Part shown: positions 37,038 through 46,411 of the stretch, one piece after another
How the letters are laid out: each line of letters opens with the position of its first letter
Numbering within the stretch: the first letter of the stretch is position 1
NCBI GenBank assembly: GCA_032128875.1
Contig: JAVLKG010000010.1
Coordinates: 1-64,000, forward strand
Direction: 5' to 3'
DNA from: Candidatus Melainabacteria bacterium 17Bon1m
GTDB lineage: Bacteria > Cyanobacteriota > Vampirovibrionia > Obscuribacterales > Obscuribacteraceae
DNA length: 64,000 nt
Notes under the pieces: model-generated
What the model was told of the DNA's origin: nothing
The model's database searches: none
Seen by the model: only the letters and a program-made list of their open reading frames with translations
Program-made: the position numbers and the translations under genes

Positions 37038-37814
37038 ATGGCTATCCAACTCAACGACAGAGATCTCCTGATCTTCCAATTGATTGATGAGCACAGGGTC
37101 CTGCTTGAAAAACATATTTCCTGGTTTATTTCCGGCGAAGACAAGCCTGTTCTTATCCGCGATCGCCTACGGAAGTTGTTCTATCTGGACTACCTGCTCT
37201 GCCACCGTCACGGCACCAAACTTCCCTGGTGGACAACGCCCACCAAGCCGCTCGTATACATGCTCTCTGGCATCAGCCGCTCAGCAGCCAATGTTGGCGA
37301 AGAAGAGCTTGACCTTTATGACAGCGAAATTCAACGTCACTTCCTCGAAGTAGCCAACCTGAGAATGCTTGGCCTCATCGATCAGAAAGACGAGAAGCTC
37401 TCGAAATTCACCTGGACGACAGTGAAAACTGAAAAGCCCGGCAAGACCGTCGACGCTTTCGTCACCTTCGTTCAAAACGCAAGAACTCACAAGATCGCCA
37501 TCGTCAACCATGCGACCGCAACAACTGAATTGATTCCTTCGATTGACGAAGCCATCAAATCCGGTGCCGAACATGTGTTGCTCGTATCACGCGATGACGC
37601 TCACCAGGCTGCTTTGCAAAAGATTGTTGCACAAAGTGGATCGATCAACATCAAGCGCTGCTTGTTTGCGACCCACCATGAAATCTATCGCGAAGGTTTG
37701 ATCACCACCGCGTGGACTACATGCGACAACGCCAAAGCAACCGTGTTTGCAAAGCCTGTGGAAGCTGCTCCGACAACCAACTGGGCAACCATGCCGGTAG
37801 CAACAGCCGTGTAA
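37038..37814 (+). CDS. Replic_Relax-like protein (wHTH plus degenerate PD-(D/E)XK-like domain)
   Basis: LNDRDLLIF..I.EHR.L...HI...IRDRLRKL...YL...P.VY.L and H.LEV pattern typical of the replication-relaxation family; VDA present but no E-x-D; AGAGGA RBS. Confidence 0.7.
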   Translation: MAIQLNDRDLLIFQLIDEHRVLLEKHISWFISGEDKPVLIRDRLRKLFYLDYLLCHRHGTKLPWWTTPTKPLVYMLSGISRSAANVGEEELDLYDSEIQRHFLEVANLRMLGLIDQKDEKLSKFTWTTVKTEKPGKTVDAFVTFVQNARTHKIAIVNHATATTELIPSIDEAIKSGAEHVLLVSRDDAHQAALQKIVAQSGSINIKRCLFATHHEIYREGLITTAWTTCDNAKATVFAKPVEAAPTTNWATMPVATAV

Positions 37815-37820
37815 GAGTGG

Positions 37821-37898
37821 CGTGGGGGCGCGTTGCACGCGCCCAACTGTAGGGGCGCATTATGCGCCGAGTTGTAGGGGCGATGCAGTGCGTCGCCC
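37821..37898 (+). repeat. three REP-like palindromes at the 3' end of the rpoB-paralogue operon
   Basis: cgtgggggcgcgttgcacgcgccc, gtaggggcgcattatgcgcc, gtaggggcgatgcagtgcgtcgccc. Confidence 0.88.
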
Positions 37899-38206
37899 GG
37901 TCCGAAAGACAAAGATTGAAATAACCAACCTATTTCGATTACTGAACCTTCCGGACCACCGAAGCTGACCGCTATGCTAGCAACTTGCGCAACGCGTAGC
38001 ACTCTTGGATTTTGACCCAAGGCGTCACATCGGGGTATGCGAATGAGCATCTGGTATGCGGAGTAATTTAAAAAACTCCCTCCTGAAAGCGTGGCAACTA
38101 CATACCTGTAATCTCCGATGTGTTTACTAGATAGAAAACTGAATACAGATCACAACCTTTTCGTGATAGGTTGGAATAACGACGTCTGCCTCGAAGAGGG
38201 TGCGCC

Positions 38207-39355
38207 ATGATCAATCCGGCGAATTTGGGTAATCTTCCAACGCCTGTTGGCACTTTTGCGACGGTTTTTCTTTCGCTACTCGCAGTTGTCACTTCGCCTT
38301 TTCTTGTGCCGCTGCATGATCATTTGGAATGGCAACACATTTCTCATGTAGAAATTAAAGCTGGTCATCTGTCGCACTTTCAGTTTGGAAAAGAAGAGTT
38401 TGATGCTTGCGAAATTTACTGGCGGAACGAACTAAAGTGGCATTTGATTGATAAAACACATGACCGACTGTATGGAATCGCTAACGTTAGATTGGCAGAT
38501 GTTCTATGCAGAAAGTCCCGCTATTATGGACTACCAATTCCTGCCGAGCTAGAAGCACTCTACATTGAAGGTCTCAAGGTCGAAGAAGCACTGGACGAAG
38601 AACCTGGCCATCTGGCTAATGCAGCCGAGGCACTAGCAAATTTTTATCAGTTGCGAAAGAGATATGTCGATTCCGAGAATATTTTGAAGACTAAGTTGGC
38701 TTCGTTGAAAAACCCATACGCACATCGGGGGATGGAAATTATTACTCAACTCGGTGATCAATATATTGAACAGAAACGCTATCAAGAAGCAGTTACGCTT
38801 TGGACTGAAACATTTTCAAAACGGAAAAAATTTGCCGCCTTTAAGTGGGAAGACCCATTTTATCTCTGCGAACTTGCTCGCGCGTATCACGGAATGGGTG
38901 ATTATTCGCACGTGATCGCAATCTGCGAAAAAGCCCTGCGCTATGGAAATTCAGCAAACACGCAGCTCCGTCCATACCTTGCAAATGCGCTACACAAACT
39001 AGGTAGAGACGAAGAAGCAATCTCACATTACTCTCGAGATCTCAAATTTGAGAGGGAACGGAGAGGATGGACAAGGATCGGAGACAAATTTGTAATGAGC
39101 GCAACTCCTCTCCCAGACACACAAACTGGTGCAGGAAGTGATTTGTTTGCTCTTGGAGAAATTTATTTTGAACAAAGGCAATACGCCAAGGCAGAGCCAT
39201 TATTAGTGGAAGCACTAGACATCGGCAATAGAAAACTCAAAGAAGAACAGCCGGCATTTGTTCGAGAATCAGAGACCGAATGGGTGGCAAAGGTCCAACA
39301 CACCTTGGAAAAGCTCCACAAATGCCAGGGACGAGCTTCCAATACCAAGTTTTGA
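38207..39355 (+). CDS. membrane-anchored TPR protein
   Basis: N-terminal TM; TPR helices such as LGEIYFEQRQYAKAEPLLVEALDI; GAAGAGGG RBS. Confidence 0.85.
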   Translation: MINPANLGNLPTPVGTFATVFLSLLAVVTSPFLVPLHDHLEWQHISHVEIKAGHLSHFQFGKEEFDACEIYWRNELKWHLIDKTHDRLYGIANVRLADVLCRKSRYYGLPIPAELEALYIEGLKVEEALDEEPGHLANAAEALANFYQLRKRYVDSENILKTKLASLKNPYAHRGMEIITQLGDQYIEQKRYQEAVTLWTETFSKRKKFAAFKWEDPFYLCELARAYHGMGDYSHVIAICEKALRYGNSANTQLRPYLANALHKLGRDEEAISHYSRDLKFERERRGWTRIGDKFVMSATPLPDTQTGAGSDLFALGEIYFEQRQYAKAEPLLVEALDIGNRKLKEEQPAFVRESETEWVAKVQHTLEKLHKCQGRASNTKF

Positions 39356-39401
39356 AGCGGATTTCGGATTAACCCCTTTTAGACGCAAACATTGTCGTTA
39401 A

Positions 39402-40961
39402 TTACCGCCCCGGGGAACGTGTGCGCAGCGCAGCTTCGACATTCTGCCGCAGGCGCGTTGGCAAACTTCCCGCAAGTGCGGTTATTCTTTGGCGTGCAGT
39501 ATCTCTATCCGCGCGGACTTCGGGTGAGAATGCCGTGCCGCCGGCCGACTCGACAAGTTGCCAGCGCTCTACATAAGCGCGGGTCAACCTAGTAAGGTTG
39601 CGAGCAAATTCCGCTTGCGACATGCTTCCGCGCGCGCTAACGAGTCTGTCGAGTAGTTCGTTTGCTCTCACTACGTTCGTTGCGCGGTAAAAGGTATCCA
39701 AGCTCACGGGGCGATCGTTTCGATCTGACTCAGGGCCGTATTGGTCGTCATATCGCACAGTGCGCGTTACTGGATCGTATCCAGTGATGGTGACAAAATG
39801 ACCGTCGTTGAAAATGTTATCGGGCACCTCAGCGCGCTGCCGCAGAGTTTCACGATTAATCGGCCGAGTTTCACCACTAGTTGACTGAGTAAGCAACTCG
39901 CTATTTGCGTGCACAAAAACAACTGCAGGCATCCGACCAGAGCTTGCGAGGCGTTCCAAAGTCTGTCCAAGATCATCAGCACTAGCGAAGGTAGCCGCGC
40001 GCGAAGAGGTTCTTCCATGTCGCTCCTGACTCACGATGAAAGCGTCGGCCTCATCTCTTCGCCCCGTAATGCTTTCATTGGCAGCGATCAAGCCGTTCGG
40101 TCTGCCGGCGGCGCCTGGCTCTCGCTCAACCACACGCCCGGAGCGAACATCCACCAGCGCCTCACCGAAGTCGCCTCTGCTCTGAGGCGGACGCTGCTCA
40201 TATCTCATCGAGCGAAAATCGCGATCCAAAATATTAGCTATGTTAGCTGCCGTTACTTGAAACAACTGGCTGGCAAAATTGCGGCGGCTTGGCTCTTGCT
40301 CAAGCTCGGTGGTGCCCAACACCGATGGAGTCAGGCTACGATTATCGAGACGCACCGTGGTGCCATCATGACAGGAGAAAGAACCGCGTGTCGCGACATC
40401 GGCTACGAGAGCAGCAGCAGCGGAAGGTTGCCGCATGTATGTGCGTACCTCTAAGGATGTGACGTTGCAGGTGTTTTCGTTTTGCCGAATCTCAGTCGGA
40501 CGCGCGGCATTGTGCATCACCTGAGAAGCCAGAGCAAGTCTTTCTGCGCGTGCAAGACGAGCGTCAGAACCAGCATCTAGTATGCGCGACACTTGTCTGA
40601 ATGTCTCGGCGATTTCCCTTTCACTTATGCCGGATGATCTCGCACGCTCTGTAAATGAGTCCATATCGCGGGAAAAACGTTCACCACGCGCCCGCAATTC
40701 AGGAGTCGAATAAGATTCAGAAACTTGGCGTCGAAGGGCGCTTTCAGGGGTTTCGGCAACTCTAGCTGATTCGTTCGGTACGTCGACTAACTCAAGGCGA
40801 GGCAAGGATGTCGGAAGGGAAGACACTTCATGCCGCGCATGAATGTTTCGGAATTCAGTTCTGTCGATATCGTTAATCGATAAGGCAGGAGTTCTGGAAG
40901 CTGCGCGTTCTCCTTCACCGGCTTGGCGCGCTTCGGGACGAAACTGTAGTTCGTTTGGCAT
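39402..40961 (-). CDS. putative papain-fold cysteine protease-domain protein
   Basis: QNENTCNVTS (Q...C), GHFVTITGYD (H) and YDDQYG in papain order; no signal peptide; start 40961 preferred over 41006. Confidence 0.65.
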   Translation of the reverse strand: MPNELQFRPEARQAGEGERAASRTPALSINDIDRTEFRNIHARHEVSSLPTSLPRLELVDVPNESARVAETPESALRRQVSESYSTPELRARGERFSRDMDSFTERARSSGISEREIAETFRQVSRILDAGSDARLARAERLALASQVMHNAARPTEIRQNENTCNVTSLEVRTYMRQPSAAAALVADVATRGSFSCHDGTTVRLDNRSLTPSVLGTTELEQEPSRRNFASQLFQVTAANIANILDRDFRSMRYEQRPPQSRGDFGEALVDVRSGRVVEREPGAAGRPNGLIAANESITGRRDEADAFIVSQERHGRTSSRAATFASADDLGQTLERLASSGRMPAVVFVHANSELLTQSTSGETRPINRETLRQRAEVPDNIFNDGHFVTITGYDPVTRTVRYDDQYGPESDRNDRPVSLDTFYRATNVVRANELLDRLVSARGSMSQAEFARNLTRLTRAYVERWQLVESAGGTAFSPEVRADRDTARQRITALAGSLPTRLRQNVEAALRTRSPGR

Positions 40962-41326
40962 GGTTAATCCAGGGGATGCAATCGAACGAAAACAGCCACC
41001 CCGCATGAAGTGCTGCGAAGCAAACGATGAAATTCGATTGGCTTTTAGAAACTGGTGCGGGTGCGCGATGTCACTACAACATCAATACCGAACTGTTGTG
41101 ACATGAAGGTAACATTTCCGGCTCGCGTAAGATTCCGGCATTAAATCTGGTAGCTCTGTACGCCATTCACTTCATATTTTGCCGGTCAGTGGCGATGTTT
41201 CCCCCATGTCAAACTGGCGCTTTATTGTCTCCATGCAGGCATTCACATCTGCCCCCACCAACTTCCCTCAAGCTTGCCTGGTTCGACAAACCGTGCGCGG
41301 CTTGCTTTTACCTTACAGGTCTTTAC

Positions 41327-43090
41327 ATGGCTGAAATTCAAAATAGACATGATGTCCAAAAGGAAAGAGAGACCTACAGCAGCGAAGCGCAGACAGCGAC
41401 TCGGCTCTTCTCAGAGGTTTTGGACACAGTAAGGGTCGCGAGGCAACGAACAGAGCTGAGGTCAGCAGAACAGACAAGTTCGCCCAATCAAGTTGGACAA
41501 TTTCAAATCAGCAACATTTGGTCGGAGATGAATCTCTCAGGCGATCGTCTAGGACGCGCCCAAGAGGATTTACATCCGGCGCAAATTCAACGTACCACTG
41601 TTCGGGGAGTTGGTGCAAATGACTTAACGCAAGTCCAAATTACATCCAGGAATGGAGTTGCTACCAATATAAGAGACCATCTTGGGCTTTGGACCAGCGA
41701 AGATGGGCAGACCTGGACCACCGGCGAACCTCACTATCGCGTGCGCAGGGGCAGCGCGCAAATTGACGCAACTGGTACCTATTCATTTCACAATGAAGAC
41801 TATGGCGTCCGCACTTCTTTGTCACCAGATGGAACAACACGAAGAGAAGTAACCATCGGTGGTGTCACCTACTCGCATACGCGAAATGCGATGGGCGAAC
41901 CAGTTGCATTCACTGACGAGCGTGGACAATGGACAATGCAAGGCAATCGCTGGGTTCATGAAGATGCTGTGCAACAGCGGGAAGGAGATGTTGACCTAAC
42001 CTCCTTTGGAAGATTTTCGTTCAGACCGAGAGCTGGTAGCGATGGACAGACGAGAGTCACGGAGCAGCTCAGGGAAATTCAAGCACTCACAAGACAAATC
42101 GAAGAACGATTTCGTCTGAGAATTGCACCTGAAGGAGTTCAGCGGGTTGATTACAGAGCAACAAACATTGCTGGGACACCGACTTTACGCGAACTGCAAG
42201 TGCTGCAGAGTGTGTTAGAAAGGTCGCCAGTACGCGATTACGAGAATCGCATGACAGTCTGGTTCATAAGACCCGACGAAATGCGCCCAGGAGATGCCCA
42301 GTCACACATGGGACATCTCGCGAGTGAAAATTCACCGCGCAGAGATCATTCATGTGATAACTGCGGCAGACATGGACTTGTTCGTGACGGCAACCACATG
42401 GTGATCATGCCGAGTGCAAGACAAACACCAGAGGGATTCAATGGACTCGAAGGCACAGTAATTCACGAGTTGGTGCATTATGAACAGAGTCGATTTTTTG
42501 TTCGTGGAAACGAAGGTTGGGGAACAGGAAGACAACGGACACCGGAAATTGAGCGAATAGTCAACGACTTGGGTTGGCGCTTTTGGTCAGGACGGGCGGA
42601 GAACGGAAGAGCTGTCGAAAGAAGTGCGCTAATTGACAGACAAAATAATCATTGGGTGTCAAATACAGACCGAGAGGGAAACACGACATGGCGGCGAGTT
42701 GTTGGTGGAGTGCTGCAAAACGGACGCCTCGTTGGCGGACAAGTAAGCAGTCGCAATGATTCCGAGCATAGGCTTAACAACGAGCAAATGGCAGAACGTG
42801 CGGCCGTACCTCAAGGAACCGGTTATTTCATAGAACCGGATGAGACGCTGGCAAATCTGTTTGCGATGTTCAGAGTAAGCACCGCGAGTGCAACAGAAAA
42901 TCGAAGAACGTTGGCTGTGAATCATCCACAACTTTACGCGACAGTCAGAAGGCTTGACCAAGAGTTCATAAATAGAGGCTTGAGAAGAGACGCAAGGCAA
43001 CCCGAATTAGTTCGCGATCTGGAAGGACGCATCGTTCTAAATACATCGGAAGTCAGTCGTGAAATTAGAGAAAGCGAAATGCAGTGGTAG
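41327..43090 (+). CDS. putative zinc metalloprotease-domain protein
   Basis: VIHELVH (HExxH) and downstream EPDETLA (third-ligand Glu-like); W-rich beta repeats N-terminally; no signal peptide; ATG 41327 after AGGT. Confidence 0.65.
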   Translation: MAEIQNRHDVQKERETYSSEAQTATRLFSEVLDTVRVARQRTELRSAEQTSSPNQVGQFQISNIWSEMNLSGDRLGRAQEDLHPAQIQRTTVRGVGANDLTQVQITSRNGVATNIRDHLGLWTSEDGQTWTTGEPHYRVRRGSAQIDATGTYSFHNEDYGVRTSLSPDGTTRREVTIGGVTYSHTRNAMGEPVAFTDERGQWTMQGNRWVHEDAVQQREGDVDLTSFGRFSFRPRAGSDGQTRVTEQLREIQALTRQIEERFRLRIAPEGVQRVDYRATNIAGTPTLRELQVLQSVLERSPVRDYENRMTVWFIRPDEMRPGDAQSHMGHLASENSPRRDHSCDNCGRHGLVRDGNHMVIMPSARQTPEGFNGLEGTVIHELVHYEQSRFFVRGNEGWGTGRQRTPEIERIVNDLGWRFWSGRAENGRAVERSALIDRQNNHWVSNTDREGNTTWRRVVGGVLQNGRLVGGQVSSRNDSEHRLNNEQMAERAAVPQGTGYFIEPDETLANLFAMFRVSTASATENRRTLAVNHPQLYATVRRLDQEFINRGLRRDARQPELVRDLEGRIVLNTSEVSREIRESEMQW

Positions 43091-43169
43091 ATTTTTCAAA
43101 TGATGTTTGAGTGATGGTTTTCGCAAAGCGCGCCGCCAAATAAACGACAACAAAACAGAGTGCTTCTGC

Positions 43170-44675
43170 TTAGAACTTAATCACTAGCCGGTTATCTTTG
43201 CCTTTCAGTTCCGCAGAGATTTTACAGGTACTTATGTGCTCAGTCCATGACTCGTTTGGTAATGTCCAGACAACATCGTATCCTCGTTTCTCTTTTAAGT
43301 CATACAGAATTTTGCGGTCATATCCATCTTTCGGATCTACTGCCGTCAGCCAAATGTGCGCACTTCGCAAATCCATGCCTGCAAGATGTATAGTCTTCAG
43401 CTGAGCGGGCGCAGAGAAATTTAGTTGCACATGCCGTTTGCGCATTGGCAGGGTCAAACAGAGTTGAGCCCCTGTTGGGTAATAGAACAGGTATTTGGAA
43501 TCAGAGAATTTGCTCACTTCCAGACTACCTGGAATCCAATCGCAAATTTCCAGCTCCGGTTTGAGCACGGCCGTTTTAGGACCGAGAACCTGTGGGAAAT
43601 TCTTTTCCAAAATGTCAGCTGCTTCTTTCGCGTAGAAGTGTGTGATGAAAGAACCAGGATGCGAATCGGCTGGATTACACGCCAAACGCATCGAAGCATT
43701 GTCGACATTAAATTGAGGCTCAATGCGCAGAGCTCTGATGTATGAGTCCGTAATATCAAAACACTGAATGCCGAAATGTCGAAACCATGGAAGAATTTGT
43801 GAGAAACGAACCTTGTAGTAGTCTGCTAAATAGTCAAAATATTTTTGCGGGCAGATACCGACACTATCTTCCGGAGCCCCATTTGTGATTGCCGGCAATG
43901 TCATCATAAATGCAGGACAACTCAAATCTTTCAAAGTTTTGCTAACATCGGCAAGAGTCGCCTTATATTCTTGGAAGTTAGTACCCATGAGATACCTAAG
44001 TTCCATTTGAGTTGCGTAGGTACCTGCCGCGATTGAAGACGCACGATCTAATCTTTCCAGCGTTGTTTCGGCAATATGCGGCAAGGTGCTGCGAAATGTG
44101 CGCAAAATATATTTCTCTAAGACGCTGGAATCTCTTGAATGAGAATCGCGGACTAAAGACCTGCCAGATTTATCAAATTCCTGTGCGTCGTTAGGATTGT
44201 ATCCCCAGATCAAGATATCCGGCTCATAGAGTTTCGCCCACTTCTGAACCAGACATAACTCGCCCCTCGTGTTTCCAAATAAAAGCGGGCCAATTGCCAT
44301 CACTTCAACATCGTTATAGCCTCGGCGCAATAGAAGCAGCTGAAGTTGACGCCACCAAGCATCGTTTATATTTGCCAGGGGATGACCAACGACGTAAGAA
44401 TCGCCAACTACAATTATTCGCTTTGCTTTCGTCTTTTTCTGTTTGAAGCGAAGGCCTGGAGACATCCAAACACCCACATCCTTCGCATCAAGCGGTCTCG
44501 CGTTAGACGCCCACTGAAGAAAATTAGCCTCTCGCTTCGCGTCTTTGGATACCAAACGCAAATTGTCTTCAAGGTACGGAAATACGAAATAGTCAATTGC
44601 CACCAATGAAATGGCAGTTACTAAGAAGGATATAGCTGCGATTGATTCCAGACGTTTCCGAGTGTCTCTTGTCAT
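43170..44675 (-). CDS. SGNH/GDSL hydrolase family membrane-anchored protein
   Basis: N-terminal TM, IVVGDSY, PNDA and DSHP (D-x-H). Confidence 0.85.
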   Translation of the reverse strand: MTRDTRKRLESIAAISFLVTAISLVAIDYFVFPYLEDNLRLVSKDAKREANFLQWASNARPLDAKDVGVWMSPGLRFKQKKTKAKRIIVVGDSYVVGHPLANINDAWWRQLQLLLLRRGYNDVEVMAIGPLLFGNTRGELCLVQKWAKLYEPDILIWGYNPNDAQEFDKSGRSLVRDSHSRDSSVLEKYILRTFRSTLPHIAETTLERLDRASSIAAGTYATQMELRYLMGTNFQEYKATLADVSKTLKDLSCPAFMMTLPAITNGAPEDSVGICPQKYFDYLADYYKVRFSQILPWFRHFGIQCFDITDSYIRALRIEPQFNVDNASMRLACNPADSHPGSFITHFYAKEAADILEKNFPQVLGPKTAVLKPELEICDWIPGSLEVSKFSDSKYLFYYPTGAQLCLTLPMRKRHVQLNFSAPAQLKTIHLAGMDLRSAHIWLTAVDPKDGYDRKILYDLKEKRGYDVVWTLPNESWTEHISTCKISAELKGKDNRLVIKF

Positions 44676-44955
44676 GCCAAACAGTTCAAAAAAAATGACA
44701 CAAAAACATTACACCGATTTGAAACGATCAATATTAACCATTTGGCCACAAATGGCCCTAATAGTATCCTTTAAGCAGGAAACCTGCAGAAAAGGAGCTA
44801 AACTCAGGAATGTAAGAAATAAATGACATAGGCTCATCGGCGCAAAAGAACAGCCGTTGCGTTTGCGTTACATCCTACTCATCTATATCTACAATTTAAT
44901 GCAGCTCACCCACCTGAAACGCCACTCAAATATGGTGATGATGATGATGAAAAAA

Positions 44956-45015
44956 GGGCGCATGCAATGCGCCCCCACGATAATTGCAAAAAAAGGCGCG
45001 TGCAGTGTGCCCCCA
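44956..45015 (-). repeat. REP-like palindrome pair
   Basis: gggcgcatgcaatgcgcccccacg plus a degenerate second copy. Confidence 0.8.
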
Positions 45016-45055
45016 GAAATTAGAAGTCCGTTCCACCTAAGATGAAACGGACTTC
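45016..45055 (-). terminator. hairpin terminator candidate
   Basis: 10-bp stem gaagtccgtt/aacggacttc just downstream of the 45081 stop, with a T-rich tail on the minus strand. Confidence 0.55.
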
Positions 45056-45080
45056 CTTTCTTCGTTCTCTCGCTCAAAAA

Positions 45081-45476
45081 CTATATTTTTGGTTTATGCA
45101 TAATAGATTTCTTTTGTTTGATAATGTCCATGTTTGCTTCGCTATCGAGATGACGCAGTTTTTCAGTATATTCTTGCGGGCTCAAGCGCTGGCGTGCGCC
45201 ACGACCGCTCTCCTCCATTCCTGCGGGTTGATCGGCAAGACGAAGATCTTTGGTTCCACCTCCGACGAGATTGATGATGTTTGGGTCACCACCAACATTG
45301 CGTCCTGCATTATCTGCTCCGCTCAAAGTTAGCGGCGGTAGACTGTCATATGTTCTTCCAGCCTGAAAGTTGCTCAGCTGACTAAACGAACCCGGTTGTG
45401 TCCACGGCGATTCAAAAGCACTACTGGTAGTACCAACAGCAGGGATTTCATTCCTGCCAATATTCCGCTCTGTCAT
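45081..45476 (-). CDS. small hydrophilic hypothetical protein (131 aa)
   Basis: ATG 45476 with AGGAG 10 nt upstream; the longer ORF-track extension overlaps the response regulator. Confidence 0.75.
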   Translation of the reverse strand: MTERNIGRNEIPAVGTTSSAFESPWTQPGSFSQLSNFQAGRTYDSLPPLTLSGADNAGRNVGGDPNIINLVGGGTKDLRLADQPAGMEESGRGARQRLSPQEYTEKLRHLDSEANMDIIKQKKSIMHKPKI

Positions 45477-45736
45477 AATATAAGATCTCCTGTGGGGTGA
45501 AGAAGCGATTGCTGGGGTGAAGCTGCTTCGCTGGAGTAAAGCTACCGCAGCTACAGCAGCAGCTGCTGCACAGCTGTAATTGCACACGCTCGTTCTTGGA
45601 TGTACACATCTTAGAGATCGCAGCTGACATGGGGACAACATCGATATTTCACTTGCTTGAGTCGCAAATTCTGCTACATTCACATTTACATACCTACTTA
45701 TTTGAATCGCGCTGCACCTTAAGCTCTCAAAAACAA

Positions 45737-46408
45737 ATGACAAAGATTCTATTCGCCGAAGACGACAAGCTTGTTGCTGAAACAGTTGCCGATGCTCTGC
45801 AACTGGCAAAATACGAAGTAGATGTTGTTGAGTCAGGCTTGGAAGCTGAAGAGCGACTTCGGAATTCTTCTTATGACATGGCAATTCTAGACAGAGGACT
45901 ACCTGAAAAAGATGGTCTGGTCATTTTGCAGGAATATCGTGTTGCAGGTGGTGACATACCTGTGCTGATTCTTACCGGTAAGGGCGATATTGAGAGCCGT
46001 GTTGAAGGACTAGAGTCTGGCGCCGATGATTACCTCGGAAAACCATTTTCGATGGATGAGCTGCTAGCGCGCGTTCGCTCTTTGCTGAGACGTCCACATA
46101 CGCTTGTAAGCAACCAAGTTAAGATTGGATATCTCACTATCAACTTCGATAATTCAACGGTATCGAAGGACGGAGAGCCGGAGATTTCTCTTCTCGCAAA
46201 AGAGGCCGCGCTGCTAGAGTTTCTTCTGAAGAACCGCGGCAAATATTTTACGGCAATCGAACTCTTAAATAAGGTTTGGGCTTCAGAGTCAGACTCAACA
46301 GAAGATGCAGTGCGTCAATGCTTTGTACGTTTGCGGAAGAAAATTGACAAACCGGGGTCTGACTCGCTCATCAAAAGCAGCCGCAACCTCGGTTACATGT
46401 TGGAATAA
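45737..46408 (+). CDS. OmpR/PhoB-family response regulator
   Basis: ILFAEDD, ILDRGLP, LT, GADDYLGKPF and C-terminal wHTH (RLRKKI...GY). Confidence 0.95.
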   Translation: MTKILFAEDDKLVAETVADALQLAKYEVDVVESGLEAEERLRNSSYDMAILDRGLPEKDGLVILQEYRVAGGDIPVLILTGKGDIESRVEGLESGADDYLGKPFSMDELLARVRSLLRRPHTLVSNQVKIGYLTINFDNSTVSKDGEPEISLLAKEAALLEFLLKNRGKYFTAIELLNKVWASESDSTEDAVRQCFVRLRKKIDKPGSDSLIKSSRNLGYMLE

Positions 46409-46411
46409 AAA

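Noticed and set aside
45477-45884. N-terminal half of the 267-aa ORF 45081..45884
   Set aside because: It overlaps the response regulator antisense; a strong AGGAG RBS defines the start at 45476.
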